Source: an uncultured Nitrospiraceae bacterium (GTDB lineage Bacteria > Nitrospirota > Thermodesulfovibrionia > Thermodesulfovibrionales > SM23-35). Taken from it: a stretch of DNA of 41,413 nt. The stretch lies in contig CAZLFE010000001.1 in NCBI GenBank assembly GCA_964558725.1, forward strand, positions 45,999 through 87,411, in the 5' to 3' direction. Position 1 is the stretch's first letter. Every line of letters begins with the position of its first letter. The notes under the pieces were generated by a model. It saw only the letters and a program-made list of their open reading frames with translations. It searched no databases and was not told the DNA's origin. Of the stretch, positions 35,552 through 41,413 are shown piece by piece. The position numbers were made by a program, and so were the translations under genes.

Positions 35552-36280
35552 TCACCCACATGTAGGGCATTTAGGGTCTTTCTGGGCCTTAAAAATCCTG
35601 AATTCAGTCTTGCCCCCATCCCATACAAGAAGTCTTCCTTTAATATTTGTGCCAATGCCGGTTAGATATTTAATGGTCTCGATCGCCTGGAGACACCCGA
35701 TAACCCCCGGGGTTGCTCCGAGAACAGGGAAGACCTCACCCGGGGGGGCTTCAGGGAACAGGCAACGAAGACAGGGAGTCTCTGGAGATTTTATGAACGA
35801 GAGCATTCCATCCATCCCCCGAATACTTCCGTAAACCAGAGGTATATTCTTCCGAATAGTTGATTCATTTAAAAGATACCTCGTTGGAAAATTGTCCATA
35901 CAGTCCACTATGATATCTGAATTGCCGACAAGTTCATCCACATTTTCGTCAACTATCGTTTCTGAAAAAGCCGTTACGTTTATATAAGGGTTCATTTTTT
36001 CAATAGTATGTTTTCCAGAGACTGCCTTATTTGTGCCTATTCTCGTATGGTCATGCAATATCTGTCTGTTGAGGTTAGTCCAGTCAAGATTATCAAAATC
36101 ACAGATTCTTATATGACCTATGCCGGCAACAGCAAGATATATTGCTACGGGAGAACCCAGACCACCTGCACCGGCGATGAACACTGTTGAATTCTTGAGT
36201 TTCTCCTGTGCTGTCTCACCCCAGCCATCAATCAACATCTGCCTGTGATACCTTTTAAGTTCCTCCTCTGTAAATTTCAT
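35552..36280 (-). CDS. ThiF/MoeB/HesA-family E1-like adenylyltransferase
   Basis: Motifs RYHRQMLI..G...Q.KL, VFIAGAGGLGSPVAIYLAVAGIG, and the Cys pairs CLRC...CPTCG. The SD is AGGAG. Confidence 0.85.
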   Translation of the reverse strand: MKFTEEELKRYHRQMLIDGWGETAQEKLKNSTVFIAGAGGLGSPVAIYLAVAGIGHIRICDFDNLDWTNLNRQILHDHTRIGTNKAVSGKHTIEKMNPYINVTAFSETIVDENVDELVGNSDIIVDCMDNFPTRYLLNESTIRKNIPLVYGSIRGMDGMLSFIKSPETPCLRCLFPEAPPGEVFPVLGATPGVIGCLQAIETIKYLTGIGTNIKGRLLVWDGGKTEFRIFKAQKDPKCPTCG

Positions 36281-36609
36281 ATTTTCGCTCCTAAAATTAA
36301 TCCATTTATACCTTATTAGATAATAAAGCTACATGATAAGAAATAAGGAGTATTTTATCAACAAAAAACTTTATTGTTGTTAAATAAAGATTAGTTTTGC
36401 AATATAATTAAAAATTTCCTTTAGCATTGGTGAGAGGACAATAGATAAAATAGCCATTAAACTTTACTTTGCTTTACGATTCCATGAAAAATAAACCGAT
36501 TCAGACAGCCAAGATTTGTTTGGGGTTTGGCAGAAATTATCTCAAAATGTAATGCAAGTATACAAATATATTTAATTATTCTGGCCTGACAGTACCGAAC
36601 AGCCCTACC

Positions 36610-36996
36610 CTATTTAGGGTGTACCCTTTCCATTACCCTTGCAAAATTCATCCTGAGTTCATAAAGAAGGCTCCTCAGGGCCTGTTCCTCTTCCAGGGTA
36701 AGATTTCCTTTGGTTTTTTCTTCGAGAACTCCAATCACATCAATGAGGTACTTAGCATCATGGAGACTGATTCCTGTGGAATCTGGTCCGAGTCCCATAA
36801 CGTTGTAAGCCATTGAAGAGAGGTTCATAAGAAAGGAGATAAATTCTGATTCATTTGAGGGCGATGGTTGTGCTTCAGGTTCAGGCAGTTTTTGTTCAGG
36901 CTTCGGTTGTGATGTTGGCTCTTCAGAATACTCCTGTTTTATATTTCCTTCGACGTCTAACCTTCTTCGATCTCTTATCTGAAAATCCTCATCCAT
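36610..36996 (-). CDS. DUF1844 domain protein
   Basis: FISFLMNLSSMAYNVMGL...AKYLIDVIGVLEEKTKGNLTLEEEQALRSLLYELRMNF matches the DUF1844 pattern as remembered. Confidence 0.75.
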   Translation of the reverse strand: MDEDFQIRDRRRLDVEGNIKQEYSEEPTSQPKPEQKLPEPEAQPSPSNESEFISFLMNLSSMAYNVMGLGPDSTGISLHDAKYLIDVIGVLEEKTKGNLTLEEEQALRSLLYELRMNFARVMERVHPK

Positions 36997-37228
36997 AATC
37001 TACTTTAAGAATTCTCCTCAGAATTGTCAATCGAAAGGCTGGTAACCTGAAAATTTCGCGCCATTATTTCTCAGAGCGTTATTCAGCCTTTCCTAATACT
37101 TTCCAAAACATTTAAATATTTCAAATTTAAAAGGTTTTCAAAAAAATGGAAATTCAATTTGTATTGATAACAGGATAAGAACAGTTCATTAATAATAAGA
37201 GGGTTTTAGCAGAATTCTTGAACAAATT

Positions 37229-37537
37229 CTATAGTAAATTGTCACTTTCCCTTTCTTTTTGAACTAGAGGCCTCCTGGTTTTTCTTCTATCAAGCACCTC
37301 TGCAAGAAAAGGAAGAAGGAGAGAACCACCTGGAAGTAAAAAAATGATGAGTGCAGGGATAACTTTAGAGATATTTTTCAGGTGAATTTTAATTTCCCTC
37401 CTCTCTTCTTTTGTCCATTTTTGATCCGTATTTCTCTGTTTCATGAGCAGATGCATAAGCCCGTTAACCGCAAGAACCTCTTCTATTATAAACGCCTTGT
37501 TCTTAATGATGAGTCTTTTGAAATAACCTGCTATCAT
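37229..37537 (-). CDS. Small membrane protein with a LETM1-RBD-like segment
   Basis: EERREIKIHLKNISKVIPALIIFLLPGGSLLLPFLAEVL resembles the LETM1 pattern R..L.....D..RL.PF..F...PF...LLP. The family call is weak. Confidence 0.5.
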   Translation of the reverse strand: MIAGYFKRLIIKNKAFIIEEVLAVNGLMHLLMKQRNTDQKWTKEERREIKIHLKNISKVIPALIIFLLPGGSLLLPFLAEVLDRRKTRRPLVQKERESDNLL

Positions 37538-37686
37538 CTTTCTGCCCTTGGGATCACTTTCAAACTTCCGGTTGTCAAACTTGTAATCGGTAATTATACT
37601 CTTAAAACATGAAAATGAGGGATAATTTATCTGACATTAAAATCTGAGCAAATTAAGCTTTTATGTGGAAGTTACCTCTGCAGTCC

Positions 37687-38433
37687 TTATATCTGTTCTG
37701 ATGGGATGTTATCTGGTTTATACGCCGTGAAGTATAGGATATTAAGTCTCTTAAGTCTTTCTTCAACACGGGGATAGAGGATAAGTTCCTCTACCTCAAA
37801 GTCTTCGAATGCATGACATATGGTCTTCAACCTCTTCCTTAAAGCCTTTATATTTTCAGGCGGACTGAAACTTATCATACAGGCTGGATGAACGTTCACT
37901 TTATTACAAACGAGATTTTCGAGAGCTTTTAGTTGTAATTCAAACCCCTCTGGCAAGGCACCTGTGAGTTTTGAGAACTCTTCTTCACACGTGCCTTTGA
38001 GACTCACCCTGACATAGAGATGTTTGAATCTCGACAACTCCTTTGCATATCCCTCGTCTTCGCCTATGAGAATGCCATTTGTTTCAAGGATAAATTGATA
38101 TTCATCATTTATCAAATCAAGAACTTTCATAAGATGTTCCCTACAGATGGTTGGCTCATTGCCGCTAATCCGCAACTGTCTTAAATGCTTTTTCTCTGCA
38201 ATGTTTAACAGTCTCCTTGCGACATCGTCGGGATGATAAAAATTACCGTGATCGACAGGATTTGAGACCACATTCCATGCCCAGCAGAATACACATCTCA
38301 GGCAACATCCCACGCAGTCTGCAGTCGATATTCCTCCGTAAAACCTTGAGGGCCTGAAGCGATAGTACTTCCGTAAGTCATTTTTGCAAACATCCTTTTC
38401 TGTTAATCCCGAGAGTCTAATAGGGTTAAACAC
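37687..38433 (-). CDS. Small radical SAM protein (activase/QueE-sized; archaeal COG5014-like by memory)
   Basis: Motifs FYGGISTADCVGC-CLRCVFC-WAW (Cx3Cx2C), RISGNEPT and LETNGIL. The GTG start overlaps the upstream stop (GTGTTTAA). Confidence 0.8.
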   Translation of the reverse strand: MFNPIRLSGLTEKDVCKNDLRKYYRFRPSRFYGGISTADCVGCCLRCVFCWAWNVVSNPVDHGNFYHPDDVARRLLNIAEKKHLRQLRISGNEPTICREHLMKVLDLINDEYQFILETNGILIGEDEGYAKELSRFKHLYVRVSLKGTCEEEFSKLTGALPEGFELQLKALENLVCNKVNVHPACMISFSPPENIKALRKRLKTICHAFEDFEVEELILYPRVEERLKRLNILYFTAYKPDNIPSEQI

Positions 38434-39082
38434 TTACTGTTAAAACCTCTTTAAAGATTCTCTCGATACCCTTTGTGAATTCCCTCGCTCCACTTTGAGA
38501 TGGGTGCCGCACATAAATGGATGACTTTCCCAATACCTTTAATGCAAGCTCTGCTTTCCTTCCAACAGCAACGATAAGCTTGGGTTTCATCAAAAACAGC
38601 ACTTTTGAGAGCACTTTAGAATGGGTATAAATCTCTTCCCTGGTAGGATGTCTGATAGACAGCATCTCACCGCGTTTATGAGGATGAAAGGGGACTGCAT
38701 TCCATACAAAAACTTTTGGGTATAGGGTAGGTAATAAGACCTCACAGAAAATTGTTGCGGAAATCTCCGAGTATGGCGGATCATGGGTACTGGATTGGTA
38801 CCCCTCAAAGGAAAGAACACCGCTTATGAGCATCCTCTCACTGGTAAAGGGTATGCCTGAAAACCGACATCCCCATGGGCCTGCTGGTTCTCCGATTAAA
38901 AGAACTGCGGGTCTTTTTGAAAAGGAATTTAGGTAATTCAGCAGATTTTTCCTTCTTATTCTCTGCCCTTTTGGTAAATCAAATCTTAAATCATTATCGC
39001 TGTACTTGTTGAAAAGTTCGTCCGTAGAACGAAAAGGGAAAATCTCCTCTTCAAAAAGACCCCAAAGGTCATTCAGAAGCAT
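38426..39082 (-). CDS. Uracil-DNA glycosylase superfamily protein (family 4/5-like, divergent motif A)
   Basis: Motifs LLIGEPAGPWGCRFSGIPFTSE (against GEAPG...G.PF.G), WNAVPFHP and motif B VRHPSQSG. Confidence 0.7.
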   Translation of the reverse strand: MLLNDLWGLFEEEIFPFRSTDELFNKYSDNDLRFDLPKGQRIRRKNLLNYLNSFSKRPAVLLIGEPAGPWGCRFSGIPFTSERMLISGVLSFEGYQSSTHDPPYSEISATIFCEVLLPTLYPKVFVWNAVPFHPHKRGEMLSIRHPTREEIYTHSKVLSKVLFLMKPKLIVAVGRKAELALKVLGKSSIYVRHPSQSGAREFTKGIERIFKEVLTVSV

Positions 39083-39114
39083 GGGAAACTATTATCAGCT
39101 ACCACCAGATCCTT

Positions 39115-39603
39115 TTATTCAATCAAAACCTTTTTCTCTTTCTTCTTAGCCTCTTCAGTCTTTGGTATTCTTATTTCAAGAACCCCTTCTTTAAATTTCG
39201 CTGATACCTTCTCCGTCTGTACCTCTGTAGGCAGACGGAAGGATCGTGTGAAGGAGCCGTATGAACGTTCCATCCTGTAATAATTCTTCTTCTCGATCTT
39301 TTCCTCTTTCTTTTTCTCTCCAGAAATAGTTACGACGTCATCCGTCACTTTTACATCTATATCCTCTTTACTTATCCCGGGTAACTCTGCCTTTACTATT
39401 ACCTCATCTCCTTCCTCAAAAACATCTACAGACGGGGAGACTTCTTCAATTTCAGGCATCCTTAATCTCGGGAACCATGACGGTCTCGTTAAAGATAAGG
39501 GTCTTCTGAAAAAGTCCTCGAACCACCTCTCCATTTCCTCAAAAGGTGTGAGGGCTTTTGTTGGTTCAACCTTTACTAACTCTTTTTCTTTTTTCTTTGC
39601 CAT
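39115..39603 (-). CDS. Small heat-shock protein, Hsp20/alpha-crystallin family
   Basis: The alpha-crystallin domain reads VDVFEEGDEVIVKAELPGISKEDIDVKV...GVLEIRIPK. The ATG at 39601-39603 is preceded by GGAGGTG and a 5-nt spacer. The track start at 39654 is less likely. Confidence 0.9.
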   Translation of the reverse strand: MAKKKEKELVKVEPTKALTPFEEMERWFEDFFRRPLSLTRPSWFPRLRMPEIEEVSPSVDVFEEGDEVIVKAELPGISKEDIDVKVTDDVVTISGEKKKEEKIEKKNYYRMERSYGSFTRSFRLPTEVQTEKVSAKFKEGVLEIRIPKTEEAKKKEKKVLIE

Positions 39604-39622
39604 AATTTCACCTCCATATTTT

Positions 39623-39651
39623 TTATAAATGAAACTATCATTGGAAGTCAA
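39623..39651 (-). promoter_or_regulatory. Candidate sigma70-type promoter for hsp20
   Basis: The minus strand reads TTGACT, a 17-nt spacer, then TTATAA. It would give a very short leader. Confidence 0.3.
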
Positions 39652-39692
39652 CATTGAAATTTTTAATAGGTATAAAACATGTCGGATATGAT

Positions 39693-39843
39693 AAAAATCC
39701 CCTTTTTTTAAAGGGGCAAGGGGAGATTATTAATTCTCAAGTGCCTTTTCAGTTAGCAACAGTCGGCTTTAGCCTGCGTAAATAACAGGGGAGTATTAAG
39801 TCCCTATTCTTTAGTAATCCCCCTTATCCCCCTTTAGAAAAGG
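39693..39843. repeat. Two family A half-elements flanking about 85 nt
   Basis: aaaaatccccttttttta-aaggggcaaggggagatt lies at 39693-39728 and taatcccccttatccccctttagaaaagg at 39815-39843. The latter matches the left half of the copy at 27536 at about 24 of 29 positions. Confidence 0.55.
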
Positions 39844-40028
39844 TTGATTTCAAAGGATTTATTATTGTCCCACAAAAATTTGTTGCTTCCTATTTTGTAT
39901 TATTTGCCTGGAATATACTCTGGAGATAATATGATATACTCTATACATATTATGATATAAATATGAACCGGGCTTGGCCTCCACTATATAATAAAGAAAT
40001 ACCTTTAAAGCAGCAGGAAGGAGGAATC

Positions 40029-40499
40029 ATGGAAAATAAAGAATCTCCAAAAGTAACCGGGGTATCAGACATTACCGGTAAAATTGTTAAGGTAAGACAT
40101 GCAACTGAGGCAGACATGGGCTTTATTATGGAGTATTTAGAGAAATACCATCTTGATACGGAAAACCTTCATTACAACCAGTTTGTAGTAGCTACGGAAA
40201 ACGGAAATCCTATTGGGTTTGGCAGGCTAAAGAAGATCGGGGAAACGTATGAGGTTGGCTGTGTTGTGGTCATAGAAGAAAGAAGAAAGGAGGGAATCGG
40301 TGCCCTGATCATAAAGCACTTGTTAGATTATTCACCGGTAAAGATGGTATATGCGATAACAGACGTAACGGATGACTTTAAAAAACTTGGTTTTTTAGAG
40401 ACGAAAGAGGGGTCACAAGAACTCATGAGCGCCCTCGATAAAGCATGCAGAATCGGAGGAAAACAGAATGCCATCCTTATGGTTTATAAAAAGGATTAA
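40029..40499 (+). CDS. GNAT-family N-acetyltransferase
   Basis: Motif A reads VVVIEERRKEGIGALIIKHLL. The ATG at 40029 is preceded by GGAAGGAGG. The track start at 39963 is less likely. Confidence 0.75.
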   Translation: MENKESPKVTGVSDITGKIVKVRHATEADMGFIMEYLEKYHLDTENLHYNQFVVATENGNPIGFGRLKKIGETYEVGCVVVIEERRKEGIGALIIKHLLDYSPVKMVYAITDVTDDFKKLGFLETKEGSQELMSALDKACRIGGKQNAILMVYKKD

Positions 40500-40530
40500 A
40501 TGATTCTTAGAGTAAACTCAAGGAGACCTT

Positions 40531-41163
40531 ATGAATATTCAAGAAAAGGTAAAAGAGATTATCAGGAGATTAAAAAAGGAATACCCCGAGCTGAGAACAG
40601 CCCTCAATTTCAATAACCCTTTTGAGCTTCTCGTTGCAACCATACTTTCTGCGCAGACTACCGATGTCCATGTAAACAAGGTAACAGAAAACCTGTTTAA
40701 AAAATACAAATCAGTCAAAGATTATGCGAATGTATCGATCGATACACTTCAGAAGGATGTAAGTTCCATAAATTTTTATAAGACAAAAGCAAAGAATATT
40801 CATGAATGTGCAAAGATGATCGTCGAGAATTTCAATTCAAAGGTTCCTAAAACAATGGATGAGCTCATAAGTTTGCCCGGGGTGGCGAGGAAGACAGCTA
40901 ATATTATTCTTTCTAATGCCTATGGAATAAATGAAGGTATTGCTGTAGATACCCACGTCAAACGCCTGTCTTACAGAATCGGGCTTACCAAGAATGAAGA
41001 TCCCATGAAGATAGAAAAGGACCTTATGACAATAACTCCACAGGGAGAATGGGGAAATCTCTCGCATCTCTTAATATTTCATGGAAGAAAGATTTGCCAG
41101 GCAAAAAAGCCCAACCACAAAGAATGCGTTCTCTATGATATATGTCCATCAAGGAATATCTGA
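40531..41163 (+). CDS. nth: Endonuclease III
   Basis: HhH-GPD motifs LISLPGVARKTANIIL and AVDTHVKRL, plus a C-terminal Cys cluster CQAKKPNHKECVLYDICPS. The SD is AAGGAG. Confidence 0.9.
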   Translation: MNIQEKVKEIIRRLKKEYPELRTALNFNNPFELLVATILSAQTTDVHVNKVTENLFKKYKSVKDYANVSIDTLQKDVSSINFYKTKAKNIHECAKMIVENFNSKVPKTMDELISLPGVARKTANIILSNAYGINEGIAVDTHVKRLSYRIGLTKNEDPMKIEKDLMTITPQGEWGNLSHLLIFHGRKICQAKKPNHKECVLYDICPSRNI

Positions 41164-41165
41164 CA

Positions 41166-41255
41166 TAGAACTCTATCTTACATACAAAACTTGACTTTTT
41201 GAAGTTACAAACTTCACCAACTATCCCCAGTCTCAAGAGTTCTACATTTTTTTTT
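41166..41255 (+). terminator. Candidate compound terminator after nth
   Basis: A 9-bp outer stem, tagaactct (41166-41174) / agagttcta (41236-41244), encloses the inner hairpin tgaagtt-aca-aacttca. T9 follows at 41247-41255. The enclosed loop is long, so this call is uncertain. Confidence 0.35.
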
Positions 41256-41413
41256 ATCGATTACCTCATCTAATGTGCACGCTGGATGATGTTGAAAGGC
41301 CTGCGACTAACAGTAGGTCAAGGAATGGCGAGTTACTACAGGATTACCTATAGCACTTCACCGGTTGCGATATGAACCGCTGGAAGATTTCCTTCAGATT
41401 ACACAAAAGATTC

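Noticed and set aside
39604-39962. CIRCE (TTAGCACTC-N9-GAGTGCTAA) or ROSE-type heat-shock control element upstream of hsp20
   Set aside because: No CIRCE inverted repeat is present. The predicted leader is too short for a ROSE thermometer. The palindromes seen there belong to repeat family A.
41257-41413. GC-richer non-coding-looking segment after the nth terminator beginning ...taatGTGCACGC..., considered as the 5' end of a terminator-targeting (class C) group II intron; also a possible 22-codon C-terminal fragment on the minus strand (41344-41412)
   Set aside because: The 5' sequence is GUGCA, not the GUGYG consensus. Only ~150 nt are available, and no domain V/VI or IEP can be seen. The minus-strand fragment is too short to identify. 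This remains unresolved and would need the downstream sequence.
1-41413. Scan for CRISPR arrays, tRNA T-loop signatures (GGTTCGAATCC-like), rRNA, transposase or integrase genes, toxin-antitoxin pairs and known defence-system genes
   Set aside because: None was recognised by eye. The only regularly repeated DNA is the 15-nt coding repeat at 30007-30066 and the dispersed palindromes. A computational scan (tRNAscan-SE, Infernal, a CRISPR finder, DefenseFinder or PADLOC) would be needed for a definitive negative.

Overview
This is a 41.4-kb bacterial chromosomal segment at roughly 40% GC, with local patches near 50%. The gene content and the dispersed GC-rich palindromic repeats suggest an uncultivated anaerobe of the Nitrospirota or Desulfobacterota type, but that is inference only. 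I support about 36 protein genes, mostly on the minus strand. I recognised no rRNA, tRNA, CRISPR array, transposase, integrase or reverse transcriptase.

Housekeeping genes: mtaB, miaB, secA, a TrpE/PabB-family synthase, pyrF, dcd, a DksA-family protein, two Opp/Dpp-type permeases, an MBL hydrolase, a ThiF/MoeB-like E1, hsp20, a GNAT and nth.

Accessory or unusual content:
1. A 3050-aa secreted giant protein (7405-16557). It has a zinc phospholipase-C-like head, CARDB-like arrays, a six-blade NHL propeller, TSP3-like calcium repeats, 3 PKD-like domains and a PPC-like tail. It is co-oriented with a lipoprotein gene and sits behind a near-consensus sigma70 promoter and a leader containing a strong intrinsic terminator.
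2. A tightly coupled secA / degenerate-REC-GAF-GGDEF / MglA-family GTPase string. The GTPase carries an unusual 180-aa C-terminal extension.
3. An hsp20 / UDG-like / small radical-SAM string, with an 8-nt overlap between the last two genes.
4. A ThiF-like E1 coupled to a GalT-like HIT transferase whose nucleophilic His reads as Leu.
5. Several families of nested palindromic (REP/MITE-like) repeats, one copy inserted in frame inside the TrpE/PabB gene.
6. A gene split by a T9 homopolymer.
7. A 22-codon Lys/Ala-rich mini-ORF with its own SD and terminator.
8. A 73-aa single-repeat PnuC-like membrane protein.
9. A GC-rich HtrA-like island.

All family assignments come from motif recognition by eye and memory. 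No searches were run.
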